Of a stretch of 64,000 nucleotides of DNA, positions 46,520 to 56,129 are shown in pieces. Under the pieces are notes generated by a model. The model ran no database searches. It was not told the origin of the DNA and was given only the letters and a program-made list of their open reading frames with translations. This DNA is from a virus. The stretch covers positions 1-64,000 of the IMG/VR virus record IMGVR_UViG_3300038468_000190; one strand, given 5' to 3'. Every line of letters starts with the position of its first letter. Positions within the stretch are counted from its first letter, which is position 1. A program made the position numbers and the translations under genes.

Positions 46520-47475
46520 TGACATTCGAGGAGCTCCGGGAGCTTCACGCCATGGCGACGACGCACCGAGAGAAAGCGTCGCTCGAGGTCGAGCTCTGGC
46601 AGCGCTTCGGAGCCCAGGACCCCTCGCGCACCTGGCCCGGGCGCCGGGAGTATCTGTCGGAGATCTTGCGTCTCACGCCGGCCGAGGTCGAGCGCCGGCA
46701 CACACTCATCGGGCTCGGCGACGCAGCAAATCCGCTCTGGGACCGCCTCGAGCGGGACCTCACCTTGTCGGCGGTGACGGAGATCATTCGCCGCTCGCGC
46801 GCGATCAGCCGCGAGCGGGTCGGGGTCCCCATGGCCGTGACGGTAGCCGCCGTGCTCGACGAGTACGACTCGAGACCCTTCGTGCGCGATCTCGGCGGCG
46901 GCAAGCTCGGCCGGAGCGGACAGCCGACGCGACCGGTTGGCGGCCGGACCGGGCCCATCCGACGCACCTCGCGAGCGCCGGCCCCATCGCGAGCAAGCAC
47001 CGAGGCGATCGACAAGAAGTCTCGCGGCTCGCAGGCGAGCGCCGAGCACGTGTTCCGTGTGAAGATGCGCGAGATCGTACGCGAGTACGTCGACGACATG
47101 CTCGCCGGGCACGCCGAGGCCAACGTCATCGGCGAAGCCGAGCGCGTCGAAGCCGAGATCCGGGTCGTCCTGGCGGAGTTTTTGGGGAGGATCACGCGAA
47201 AGAAAAAGAACCCCACCCTCGCCGAGGTCATCACGCGGTCGAAGCTCGCCGGGGCCTGTCAGATCCTGCACGTCGATCCGCCCAAGTCGGACGACTACCG
47301 CGGTGGCCGCTGGTACGGCCGGACGAAGAAGCTCTTCAAGGAGCTCGCGGCCTCGTTCCACGAGGACCGCGTCGGTAGCGGCTCGCGGGATCAGTTCCTC
47401 GCCGTCATGGAAGCGTGGCGCGTCGTGGAAGCGTTCATGGATCAGAAAGAAACGACCCGCGTGAGCGCGGGATGA
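46516..47475 (+). CDS. HTH-like protein with C-terminal degenerate J-domain
   Basis: ACQILHV...KKLFKELAASFHEDR...DQFLAVMEAW, with HED in place of HPD. Confidence 0.7.
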   Translation: MMTFEELRELHAMATTHREKASLEVELWQRFGAQDPSRTWPGRREYLSEILRLTPAEVERRHTLIGLGDAANPLWDRLERDLTLSAVTEIIRRSRAISRERVGVPMAVTVAAVLDEYDSRPFVRDLGGGKLGRSGQPTRPVGGRTGPIRRTSRAPAPSRASTEAIDKKSRGSQASAEHVFRVKMREIVREYVDDMLAGHAEANVIGEAERVEAEIRVVLAEFLGRITRKKKNPTLAEVITRSKLAGACQILHVDPPKSDDYRGGRWYGRTKKLFKELAASFHEDRVGSGSRDQFLAVMEAWRVVEAFMDQKETTRVSAG

Positions 47476-47488
47476 AGGAGCTCGAGAT

Positions 47489-48028
47489 ATGGCCAGACGA
47501 TCATCAGGTGCCCGAAACATAGAAGCGTTCCCGCTCGACACGGCGCTCACGAAGCCGGCCCGCATTGCGGCATTCCTAGCGTGGTGGGCGAAGCAGCACC
47601 CCTACGACTTCGCGGCGTACAACGAGATCTTGAAGGCCATCGAGGGCTTCAAGAAGCTCCCGCGCATGGACACGAAGGACGTCGAGTCCGTCCGTGAGTG
47701 CACGGGCCGCGCGGAGAAGGTCCTCCGTCGCGACTACCAGCGCGAGCTCATTCGCCACCGGGGCCTCGGCGCGCGCGCGAGCGTCGACAGTCTCGACGTC
47801 ATCCAGAACAAGCAAGTGACCAAGGCCCGGAGGATGCACAGCGCCGCCAAGAGCTTCATCGAGACCGACAACCTCATCGACGTCCGCTCGATCCCGGACA
47901 CGGCCGCCTCGCGGCCCTGGAAGCACTGGTATCAGCGCGACGCGGGGGCCATCTTGAAGATGGTGAACTCCGACGACTTCCTCGGAAAGCTTCTGCCCGC
48001 TGCGGCCGAGAAGGACGAGAAGAAGTAA
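47489..48028 (+). CDS. Hypothetical protein
   Basis: AAGGAG RBS; strong GC3 bias. Confidence 0.8.
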   Translation: MARRSSGARNIEAFPLDTALTKPARIAAFLAWWAKQHPYDFAAYNEILKAIEGFKKLPRMDTKDVESVRECTGRAEKVLRRDYQRELIRHRGLGARASVDSLDVIQNKQVTKARRMHSAAKSFIETDNLIDVRSIPDTAASRPWKHWYQRDAGAILKMVNSDDFLGKLLPAAAEKDEKK

Positions 48029-48033
48029 GGCCG

Positions 48034-48261
48034 ATGCCTCGTCGCCTCCTCTCCTTCGAGGAGATGCTGGTTCTTCTCCGTGCCGGTGGGGCTGCACGTC
48101 GCACGAGTTGGTCGCCAGAAGCCCAGATCTTCCTCCTCGACCATGACGAGCCGGAGCCGTGGCTCGTCCGGATCGAGCCTCTGAAAGAGGCGGTTCGTGT
48201 CGCCGAAAAAACAGGGTTCTATGTGGAGGTCCGTCCCCCGAAGGAACGTGCGAACCGATGA
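48034..48261 (+). CDS. Hypothetical protein, N-terminus resembles DUF2829
   Basis: LSFEEMLVLLRAGGAARRTSW...IFL. Confidence 0.5.
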   Translation: MPRRLLSFEEMLVLLRAGGAARRTSWSPEAQIFLLDHDEPEPWLVRIEPLKEAVRVAEKTGFYVEVRPPKERANR

Positions 48262-48521
48262 GTGACTACGGACGAGAGATCGCCAACACGACCGAGTGGC
48301 TCCTTTACCACACGTTCATTCCGCACTCGGACGACTGGTTTACCGTGGCCACCTGGGTGGACAAGTGGCTAAACGGCTCCGGGAGGCATGCACGCGACGA
48401 GCGCCCGAACCCCGCCCTCGTCCTCGCGGCGTTCGAGCGGCTGGTCACGACCGGGCACCTGGAGGCCGGCACCGACGACTACGGCGCTCGGGTGTTCCGC
48501 CGGAGAAAGGAGCGCCCGTGA
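48258..48521 (+). CDS. Hypothetical wHTH-like protein
   Basis: ATGA-coupled; AFERLVTTGHLE. Confidence 0.6.
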   Translation: MSDYGREIANTTEWLLYHTFIPHSDDWFTVATWVDKWLNGSGRHARDERPNPALVLAAFERLVTTGHLEAGTDDYGARVFRRRKERP

Positions 48522-49147
48522 ACGCGGACGAGTGGATCCGGCGGCACCAGTGGACGGCCATGGGGATGCTCAGCGAGCACGAGCTCCTCGGCGAGACGTA
48601 CTGGGCGGGCGGCCGCTCGGCCGCCTGGGTCATCGGAACGCCCGGCACGAGCGTCTACAAGGTGGAGATCATCGCCGGCATCATGGGAAGCCTCGTCGTC
48701 CACGGCGACTTCGATTTTGCCCGGTTCGCCCACTTCGGCGACCGCGAGGATGCCTGGTCACGGCTCCTGTGGATGGCCTACTGTACCGACGTCGGCTACT
48801 ACGTGGCGCAGAAGGCTTCGATCGGACTCCGCCGACAGGCGACCGAAGAGTACGACGCGAGCGTGGCGGAGCACGATCTCAAGTACTGGATCCGCGAGGC
48901 CGAAACGGACGGTGCCGCGGAGAGAGCGAATGTCCTTCGCGAAGCCCTCGACGAGTACGCCGACGACGAGCAGGAGCTCCGGAGGTTTCTGAGCGAGAAC
49001 GCCCGGACGAACGACCTCTGGGAGTGCCGCATCGGGACGGTGCTCAGGTGGGACGTCATCGTGAGCCACGTCGCCTTGAACAAGTGCGCCTCGCTTCTCT
49101 GGGAGAAGTACGGCGCCGAGGGCCCGAAGGAGTGTCGCGCCACATGA
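48518..49147 (+). CDS. Conserved-looking phage hypothetical protein
   Basis: AAAGGAG RBS; GSLVVHGDF...YVAQK. Confidence 0.7.
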   Translation: MNADEWIRRHQWTAMGMLSEHELLGETYWAGGRSAAWVIGTPGTSVYKVEIIAGIMGSLVVHGDFDFARFAHFGDREDAWSRLLWMAYCTDVGYYVAQKASIGLRRQATEEYDASVAEHDLKYWIREAETDGAAERANVLREALDEYADDEQELRRFLSENARTNDLWECRIGTVLRWDVIVSHVALNKCASLLWEKYGAEGPKECRAT

Positions 49148-49797
49148 CTCTCACGGCAAAGCAGTCGATCAATTTCTACGACGACGTCTACGACCGGTAC
49201 TTCCTCGACACGGAGTTCTGCGAGGACGGTAAGACCATCGACCTCATCTCGATCGGCATCGTCGGCCCGGACGGCAGAGAATTCTATGCCGTGAACCACG
49301 ATGCCGAGCTCCACCGGGTCTCGCCCTGGGTGCGAGAGCACGTGCTCCCGTCACTCCCGCCCTACGGAGACAGCGCGTGGCAGTCACGCCGGGAGATCGC
49401 CGGCGGGGTCGACAGCTTCATTGACAATGCGGGTAGGCGCGCGGAGATCTGGGCGTACTACGCCGACTACGACTGGGTGGCGCTCTGCCAGCTCTTCGGC
49501 GTGACGGAAGAGCCAGTCCATGCGAGCAAACATGCCGTTTGTCCGGAATGCGGGCCGCACGTGAAATTCGACGAGGACGGTTGCTGCGCGTGCTGCGGCG
49601 CGGATTGCACGGAAGCCCCGTGCAATTGTCTGCGTGAATTGTCGCAACTCCGCGCGCTCGTTCGGGAGCTCATGAAAGCGGCGGAGGAATTCTGGCAGGA
49701 GCGACCATGGGGCAGTACGCGCGGCAATGCGCTGCGGGATGCACTCACCAAAGCCCGCGCGCTCGTCGATCCGGAATCCGGGCAGGGGAAGAGATGA
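49144..49797 (+). CDS. Truncated DEDDh 3'-5' exonuclease (Rv2179c-like) fused to a Cys-rich domain
   Basis: YFLDTEF, LISIGIV, WVREHVLP, WAYYADYDWVALCQLFG; no ExoIII HxxxxD. Confidence 0.75.
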   Translation: MTLTAKQSINFYDDVYDRYFLDTEFCEDGKTIDLISIGIVGPDGREFYAVNHDAELHRVSPWVREHVLPSLPPYGDSAWQSRREIAGGVDSFIDNAGRRAEIWAYYADYDWVALCQLFGVTEEPVHASKHAVCPECGPHVKFDEDGCCACCGADCTEAPCNCLRELSQLRALVRELMKAAEEFWQERPWGSTRGNALRDALTKARALVDPESGQGKR

Positions 49798-50648
49798 CGG
49801 CGGTTTTCGATGCGCTACGTCCAATTCCGGCCCCGGAGGGCACGCCCGACCGGACACCGGAGGGGCGCCCGTGGGTGTCCTGGGTGAAGACGGGCGGCTA
49901 CCAGGGCTGGAGAGCCGGCGCGCGCCCAGTAACGAGCGACGGACGCTTCTGGGACTCCGTGCTCTCCATTGCAGGAGCGTACTTCGGCACGCACGCCGAC
50001 GACGTGCACTGTCTCGGTGACGGCATCTTGTCGGTCGGCGTCCTCGGCGTGACGCTCGGGTCGGGCTACGCCGAGCGGCTTTTGCAGCAGTGCCTCCTGA
50101 CCGACCCCATCCGCTTCGTGAACGTCATGGCGCCGATCCTCGCAACCGGCGCCCGTATGAAGCCGAGCGGTAAGAGCGCGAGCGGCGTTGCGCTCGTCGG
50201 CCCCGAGGGCCGCCCGCTCGTGGCAGCTTCCGAGAAGCGCGACCTGGTCATGCTCGGCTCTGACTCCGTCACCTGGACGAACGCCCAGAAGGGCCGCGCG
50301 CGGCTCTGGGTGTCCTCCGTCTCGGAGCTTCTTCGGGACACCGCCATGGACCGCGCGCAGCGAGACTTCGCCTCCGAGATCTTGCCGGCCCTCCTACCGA
50401 AAGACATCCAGCACGCGCTCCGCTGGCCGGGACACACCGAGGACACGTGGATGTACACGAAGGAGCTTCAGGCCGCCTGGGCGTTCGCGATGGTGACCGT
50501 CGCTGCCGGCGCCGCCTCGGTCGCGCTTCTCGGCTCCCTCCTTGCTGAGTATGAAAACACGACGATGACCGACGCGTTGCTCCTCGGCGGGATGGAGATG
50601 AGTAGCCTCTGGCTGATGAAGATCACGCGAGAGACCTTCGGCATATGA
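49794..50648 (+). CDS. Hypothetical protein
   Basis: 284 aa, ATGA-coupled. Confidence 0.7.
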   Translation: MTAVFDALRPIPAPEGTPDRTPEGRPWVSWVKTGGYQGWRAGARPVTSDGRFWDSVLSIAGAYFGTHADDVHCLGDGILSVGVLGVTLGSGYAERLLQQCLLTDPIRFVNVMAPILATGARMKPSGKSASGVALVGPEGRPLVAASEKRDLVMLGSDSVTWTNAQKGRARLWVSSVSELLRDTAMDRAQRDFASEILPALLPKDIQHALRWPGHTEDTWMYTKELQAAWAFAMVTVAAGAASVALLGSLLAEYENTTMTDALLLGGMEMSSLWLMKITRETFGI

Positions 50649-51046
50649 ACAAGAACAAGCTCGCTCGCCAACACGGCTTCTTCTCCTGGGAGGAGCTTCT
50701 CAGAGAAGCGAAACAGGCCCGAAAGCTCAGAGAGGAGCTCCGACAGGTGAGGCAACAGCAGGCTCCGCTCGAACACGCGGTCTCCGAGGTCGCCGGCGAG
50801 CGAGTGCTCGTCAGCGCCGAGCGCGCGGCTCTCGCGAGCGCCTACCGTGACGTCGCGCGGCTCTACCGAGAGCGCGGGGCATCGGAAGAGCGCGCGAGCC
50901 AGGCGGCGAAGGTGCTTGCGGGATACTACGAGGGCCACGCCGAAGAGCTCGAGACCGGAAAGACGCGGGCTGAGCTCATCAGGCAAGAGGCGCAAGAGAT
51001 CCGAGAGGCCGGCGGCATCCCGGTCGAAAGGTTCGGTGACCGGTGA
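50645..51046 (+). CDS. Hypothetical coiled-coil protein
   Basis: Coupled ORF. Confidence 0.65.
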   Translation: MNKNKLARQHGFFSWEELLREAKQARKLREELRQVRQQQAPLEHAVSEVAGERVLVSAERAALASAYRDVARLYRERGASEERASQAAKVLAGYYEGHAEELETGKTRAELIRQEAQEIREAGGIPVERFGDR

Positions 51047-51528
51047 TTACGAAAAAGCAACAAGAGATCCTGGACAGTATCGAGAGCGAATCGAGCCGCG
51101 AGCATTACCGGGCGCAGTTCGAGATGCAGAACGAGCTCGGTGACGACGTCGAAGCCGGAGGCATCTTCGACGCCCCGAACGTCGCCGGCTTCTTGAGTGC
51201 CCCCGGCTACGACAACAGCCGGAACGTTCTCCGTCAGGAGATCGTCGCCGGCAAAGAGGTCAGCGTGCCGGACGGCCTCTTGGGAGAGGGACCACGACTC
51301 TCGAGCGACGAGGCGATCGACGAGGCGATCGACGAAGCGGAGCGCGCGGCCGGGCTCGGCAGAGTATCGCCGGAAGACGTCCCCCCTGCCGAACAAGAAG
51401 CCCCGTCCATGGAGGTCATCGTCGAGACCGTGGCCGCCGAGGTCGCCGCCAAGGAGCGACGTCTGGTCACGGCTCTCGTGGTCCTCACCGTCGCCATCGT
51501 GCTCTTCGCGGCGTGGTGGCTCTCATGA
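51043..51528 (+). CDS. Acidic protein with C-terminal TM
   Basis: LVTALVVLTVAIVLFAAWW. Confidence 0.65.
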   Translation: MITKKQQEILDSIESESSREHYRAQFEMQNELGDDVEAGGIFDAPNVAGFLSAPGYDNSRNVLRQEIVAGKEVSVPDGLLGEGPRLSSDEAIDEAIDEAERAAGLGRVSPEDVPPAEQEAPSMEVIVETVAAEVAAKERRLVTALVVLTVAIVLFAAWWLS

Positions 51529-51959
51529 GGGAGTTCACGGTATCGCTCGCGCATCCGGAGTGGGCCGACCAGCATAGCTGGTTCGAGGTCGATGCTTCCG
51601 ACCGGAACATGGACGTGTGCCCCGAGCTCCGCCCGTGTCCGACGTGCGGCTCGGTGTGGGTCGAGCTCACGGCGGTCGGCGTCAGGGATCCGCACATCAC
51701 CGGCCGGCTCGACAAGAGCTGGATCAATCTCGACCTCCGTACCGTCGCGGTGACGGTGCCCGGCACTTACTTTCAGGAGATCGTGGCCGCGCGCGTCGAG
51801 TGCGCCGAGGGGCATTCTTACGAGACGGACGGTCACCGCTACACCAGGACGCCGTCGTGGAAGGACGGCGTGGACCTGACCGTGAGCCTGGACGCGGTCG
51901 TCTACACGCTCGGCAAGCCGGGCCGAGGCCGTATCCGCAAAGCATGGAGAGTGCGGTGA
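51525..51959 (+). CDS. Hypothetical Zn-binding protein
   Basis: CPTC...CAEGH. Confidence 0.6.
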   Translation: MREFTVSLAHPEWADQHSWFEVDASDRNMDVCPELRPCPTCGSVWVELTAVGVRDPHITGRLDKSWINLDLRTVAVTVPGTYFQEIVAARVECAEGHSYETDGHRYTRTPSWKDGVDLTVSLDAVVYTLGKPGRGRIRKAWRVR

Positions 51960-52171
51960 AGACGCTCGAGCTGGCAAGGGCGATCTTCGTCGGGGCCGCT
52001 GTGGGTCTCGGTCTCTGTATTGTGTTCGCCTTCACCAGCGAGCCGCCTCGCGATTGCTACAAGTCGACGATGGGCAATCCCGAGGAGGTCGTCATGATCG
52101 ACGGCGATCCCTTCGCCTGTTCCAACAACCTCAAGGGCTACCGCTGCCAGAAGATGGTGCCATGCCACTGA
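51956..52171 (+). CDS. Small membrane protein
   Basis: GTGA-coupled; N-terminal TM. Confidence 0.55.
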   Translation: MKTLELARAIFVGAAVGLGLCIVFAFTSEPPRDCYKSTMGNPEEVVMIDGDPFACSNNLKGYRCQKMVPCH

Positions 52172-52530
52172 AACGAGACGTGGAGTTCGAGGAGCCGAGG
52201 ACTTACGACGAGGCGATGGAGCTTCGGAGCCGGCTCATCTCGGAGGTCGACGAGATCCAGGGGACGCTCGCCGTCAGAAAAGATCTCGAATGGCGAAACG
52301 CCGCCCTCCGGTCGCTTCGCGACAAGCGCGAACAGCTGCGCTCGGTCAAGGACTGGATCCGCAAGAACGATCCGCGAAAGCAATCGGAGTGGGAGCTCCT
52401 CTCGAGAGCGTACGGCCTGCTCGAGGCCGTCGCGCCCGTCGCGGTCGGACACGCGGAAGAAATCGAGGCGCTCCTCGATGCGATCGAGCTCGTCGTGCCG
52501 GGTAAGTATCTCGGAAAGGCGGGAGCATGA
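52162..52530 (+). CDS. Hypothetical helical protein
   Basis: Starts MPLKRDVEFEE. Confidence 0.6.
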   Translation: MPLKRDVEFEEPRTYDEAMELRSRLISEVDEIQGTLAVRKDLEWRNAALRSLRDKREQLRSVKDWIRKNDPRKQSEWELLSRAYGLLEAVAPVAVGHAEEIEALLDAIELVVPGKYLGKAGA

Positions 52531-52898
52531 AGAAAGACAAGGAGACCAAGGCCGACAAGCGCCTCCGTCAGGCAGAAAAAGCTCTTCGCTCGGCCGAGCG
52601 GAACAGGCGGCTTGCCATTGCCGAGCGCGATAAAGCCCGAGTGAAGTACGCCGCGGCGCGGCCGCTCACCGAAGACGAGCGAGATGAGCTTGCCCGGGCA
52701 GTCGCGAAGGGACAAGCGCTCTGCTGTGATGCGGGCCGCAAGTGGCTACGGCGTCGGCTCCCCGAGCCTTGGGCCCAGGCCGTGAACGAGTGGGCGTATA
52801 TTCGGCTCAGTTGCACAGAAAAAGACCCGAGTTGGCTCGAGAACTACGCTGCAAGAGTTCGAAAGCTCGAGCTCGATCGGTTTCCTTTTTGTGACTGA
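52527..52898 (+). CDS. Hypothetical protein
   Basis: ATGA-coupled. Confidence 0.6.
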   Translation: MKKDKETKADKRLRQAEKALRSAERNRRLAIAERDKARVKYAAARPLTEDERDELARAVAKGQALCCDAGRKWLRRRLPEPWAQAVNEWAYIRLSCTEKDPSWLENYAARVRKLELDRFPFCD

Positions 52899-52971
52899 CA
52901 CTCGTGACTTAGGCAGCCCCGATACCGGCCGGGTCTTCCCTCATTCCGCACACGAAGCTAAATAGTCCGTC

Positions 52972-53802
52972 ATGAAACACCTTCGCATCTGGGCATTGTG
53001 CCTCCTCACGGTCTTCGGTATTTCTCGAACGGCGTCTGCGACGCGGACCGAGTCGCTCGCCCGCTGGCTCTTCGAGACGGCCAAGGAGCTTCCGCGCAGT
53101 CACGCGCCAGGCGAGACGGAGTCCGAAGAGCACGCGCGCCTCGAGCGCGTGTCGAAGGCGTACGCCCAGGCGGTCGTGCCGTACGCCGACGGCAAGGGCT
53201 GGACGGCGAGCGAGCTCGCCATGGCCCTGCTCATCCTCATCGCCGAAGAGACGAAGCTCGACAAGAGGATCCACGAGGGGACCGGGCACCCCGTCTGGCA
53301 CGAAGATCACGGCCGGTCGAAGTGCCTCGGCCAGGTGCAGGCCTCTGGCCTCGTGCCGCGCCCGATCTGGGCAACGCTCACGGGCTCGGACGACGACGCC
53401 ACGCTCCGCTGCGCCGAGGCGACGGCGACCGTGTGGGTGTCGATGGCCAAGCAGTGCGGCGTCTGGTACAGCCAGCGTGCGAGCCGGGCAAGCGTCGCGG
53501 CGACGTTCATGGCGTATGGGAGCGGCGGGAGCTGCACCCCCGGCGAGCGAGAGTGGGCGCGGGCGGACAAGTGGCTCGCCCGCATGCAAAAGCGCCCGGA
53601 CCGCTCGCCCATCCGGGGCTACCGGCGGGCGTTCCCGTCGGAGGTCCCGGACGACGTAGAGCGGGAGGCGACGGCGCTCCTCGGGAGCGAAGACTTCCGC
53701 ATCGGTCACGAACGCCGGATGGACGGCTGGGCCTTGCGGGTCGAGCGGCACGCCGACGGCAAGGTCGGCGTCAGCGTCTTTTTGGAGGACAGTCCCCAAT
53801 GA
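52972..53802 (+). CDS. Secreted lysozyme-like / lytic transglycosylase-like protein
   Basis: Signal peptide ending ASA; helix ending EET (candidate catalytic Glu), DHGRSKCLGQV (GLMQ-like), MAYGSG. Confidence 0.6.
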   Translation: MKHLRIWALCLLTVFGISRTASATRTESLARWLFETAKELPRSHAPGETESEEHARLERVSKAYAQAVVPYADGKGWTASELAMALLILIAEETKLDKRIHEGTGHPVWHEDHGRSKCLGQVQASGLVPRPIWATLTGSDDDATLRCAEATATVWVSMAKQCGVWYSQRASRASVAATFMAYGSGGSCTPGEREWARADKWLARMQKRPDRSPIRGYRRAFPSEVPDDVEREATALLGSEDFRIGHERRMDGWALRVERHADGKVGVSVFLEDSPQ

Positions 53803-54038
53803 AGAAACGCCGCATTACGGACGACGAGGTGGACGAAACGGCCAAGGAGGTCGACCGCATCATGCGCGAGGTCGGCCCGATGCTCGCTAAGCGCGAGCAT
53901 TTGCCGGCAGCGATGGCGCTCGGGCTCATGGCGGCGCATCATGTGCTACACGACGGAGGGAGCGAAGAAGACTTTTTGCGCCTGTGCGGAGCGGCCTGGA
54001 AACGGTCGCTCGAGGTGCACGAGAACTGCCGGCACTGA
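53799..54038 (+). CDS. Hypothetical protein
   Basis: ATGA-coupled; GGAGG RBS. Confidence 0.65.
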   Translation: MKKRRITDDEVDETAKEVDRIMREVGPMLAKREHLPAAMALGLMAAHHVLHDGGSEEDFLRLCGAAWKRSLEVHENCRH

Positions 54039-54120
54039 GGGCCGGGCTGCGACTGAAAGGAGCTACCAGAGTGAGCCATAGACACGGTTTGGAACCGTTC
54101 GGCAAGAAGGAGCCCACCAC

Positions 54121-54507
54121 GTGAGCGGCGCCTTCAGCGAAGAGCTCGGTCGCGCGGCCCTCACCCTGGCTGCCATCGGCGGAGCGCTCGGGATCGGGTA
54201 TGTGCTCGGCTGGGGCGCCGCCCGTGAGCGCGCGCTCATCGCGCCCGCCGCGTCGTCGCCGCTTGCGTCGGTCGTCTCGAGCCAGCTCTCGCCGTCGGCT
54301 AGCAGCCCGGTTATTCCGCTCGGTGCTGACTACGAAGAGCGACACGCCGCCGCCGGAGCCCGCAAGAACGACGCCATCGACCGCTGCGAGAAGGAGGGCG
54401 GCGCGAGCGCCCTCGGCTTCGGATACAGCGTCATCTGCCTCAAAAAGAACGCGGTCAGTTGGCAGTTCGATCCGAACTTTCCTCCACTAAGCGAGGGGCT
54501 CAAGTGA
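54121..54507 (+). CDS. N-anchored membrane protein
   Basis: AAGGAG RBS; TM. Confidence 0.65.
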   Translation: MSGAFSEELGRAALTLAAIGGALGIGYVLGWGAARERALIAPAASSPLASVVSSQLSPSASSPVIPLGADYEERHAAAGARKNDAIDRCEKEGGASALGFGYSVICLKKNAVSWQFDPNFPPLSEGLK

Positions 54508-54764
54508 TGCGCCGCGAGCAATGGGACGCGATTCGAGACCTGACGTGGTTTCGGGGTCTTCAAGCGGAGGTCACCGAACACGTGGACGAGCTCCACAAGG
54601 TCATCGACGGGATCCGAGCTGTGTTTCCCCGCTGCCACTGGCCGAACTGCTCGAATATCGGCGTGAAGTGGATTGCCCGGCACGTCCTCTACTGCGACGA
54701 GCACGGATCACCGTTCTTGCAGGATGCGCCGTGGGCGGAGTTCGTGAGGAAGGAGGGCTTGTGA
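54507..54764 (+). CDS. Hypothetical Zn-binding protein
   Basis: CHWPNC...YCDEH. Confidence 0.6.
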   Translation: MRREQWDAIRDLTWFRGLQAEVTEHVDELHKVIDGIRAVFPRCHWPNCSNIGVKWIARHVLYCDEHGSPFLQDAPWAEFVRKEGL

Positions 54765-55036
54765 CGCTCCTCGACGCGAACGGCTATCTCTCCTTCCTGC
54801 TCAACGTCGCCGGCAATCTCTTCCTCGCCTGGAAGTGGCGAAGCGGCTGGGTCGTGCGCATCGTGGCGATCGTGAGCTGGGGAGTCTACGGCGTCGAGCT
54901 CGGGAGTAAGCCCATCATCGCGAACGCCGTCACGTTCTTCTGCATCAACTGCTACGGCTGGTACAAGTGGCGGAAGGATGAGGCGAAGAAGGCCGCGGAC
55001 GAGAGGTGGTTCGAGGAGCAACGGAGGCTTGCATGA
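54761..55036 (+). CDS. Three-TM PnuC-like half transporter
   Basis: LAWKWRSGWVVRIV...INCYGWYKW. Confidence 0.6.
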   Translation: MTLLDANGYLSFLLNVAGNLFLAWKWRSGWVVRIVAIVSWGVYGVELGSKPIIANAVTFFCINCYGWYKWRKDEAKKAADERWFEEQRRLA

Positions 55037-55413
55037 GCGACGGAATGAGTGACGCAAACGCCGAGGGAGAGCTCGCCAGCAATGTCTGGCGCGCGGCGTT
55101 CGATCTCCGAGAGGCCATCTGGGCGCTCGGCAAGGCGATACAGCGCGCCCGCATGGGCCATCGCGGATGGAACATCCCGCGGGGCTTCATCGTGCGCGAG
55201 GTGAACGACCTTCTCCGTGAAACCGACTTCGGGCTCACGGATAAGAGGCCGGACAAGTGCTTCGAGCACTACGGGGCCGGGGCCTATAAGCCGCGGGAGA
55301 GCTGGAGAGAACTCGAGCTCCGTCGCGAGGTGGAGGGGCTTCGGTCCGAGCTCGAGGCGAAGGACAAGGAGATCCGCAATCTCCATGCTCTGTTCGACGG
55401 AGCGTACATTTAG
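55033..55413 (+). CDS. Hypothetical protein
   Basis: ATGA-coupled; coiled-coil C-terminus. Confidence 0.6.
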   Translation: MSDGMSDANAEGELASNVWRAAFDLREAIWALGKAIQRARMGHRGWNIPRGFIVREVNDLLRETDFGLTDKRPDKCFEHYGAGAYKPRESWRELELRREVEGLRSELEAKDKEIRNLHALFDGAYI

Positions 55414-55632
55414 ATGCGGCGCACGTGGATTCGTACGGCCGACGAGCTTCCGGAGATTGGGGAGCGGGTCCTGATTTGGCCGCTCGCATGCATCGCAATG
55501 CGCTGCGAGAACGACGCGGAGTGGCAGGACGATGCGTCGGGCTGGCACTGGGAGGGCGACGGAGAGGGGCTCGTGATCCTGAACCGTGTCACCCACTGGC
55601 ATCCCCTCTCGGGCCCAGAGGAGCAATCGTGA
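55414..55632 (+). CDS. DUF551-like protein
   Basis: WIRTADELPE...VLIW...VTHWHPL. Confidence 0.75.
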   Translation: MRRTWIRTADELPEIGERVLIWPLACIAMRCENDAEWQDDASGWHWEGDGEGLVILNRVTHWHPLSGPEEQS

Positions 55633-56129
55633 GCATTCCGAGCTGTGGCTCATGGCCAGCCTACAAGGTCGAGACGTCCGACTCGGAGCGCGCCGTCATC
55701 GTCTACGCGCGAAATCCCATGGAGGCTCGCCGCCTCGGCGCGGAGAAGCTCGAGTGCCACTACGAGGAGCGGGACTGCTCGGTCGAGCGCACCCCCGAGT
55801 GGGACGACGGCTACGACACGCGTGCGCTCCTCGATGCCGGCTGGCACTGGGAGTGCGGGGGCTGCTACCGATACTGCTACGGCTCGGATCCCCATCTCGT
55901 CGTCCGGGACGACGTCGCCTACTGCTCGGCGGCGTGCTGTATCAAAGAGCTCAAGCGCGAGCGCGCCCGTCGTGAAGCAGAATGGCGCGGCATCGAGCTC
56001 GTGACGCGTCTCGCGCCCGGCATCGAGATCCGGGGCCTCTTCTTGAACGTAGCCGGTGAAGTCGTGGCGGAGGTCGTCCGTCCCGAAAACGGCCACCGGA
56101 CGGTCGAGCGGTTCGTGGAGGAGCCATGA
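55629..56129 (+). CDS. Phage hypothetical Zn-finger protein
   Basis: AVIVYA...GWHWECGGC...YCSAAC. Confidence 0.65.
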   Translation: MSIPSCGSWPAYKVETSDSERAVIVYARNPMEARRLGAEKLECHYEERDCSVERTPEWDDGYDTRALLDAGWHWECGGCYRYCYGSDPHLVVRDDVAYCSAACCIKELKRERARREAEWRGIELVTRLAPGIEIRGLFLNVAGEVVAEVVRPENGHRTVERFVEEP

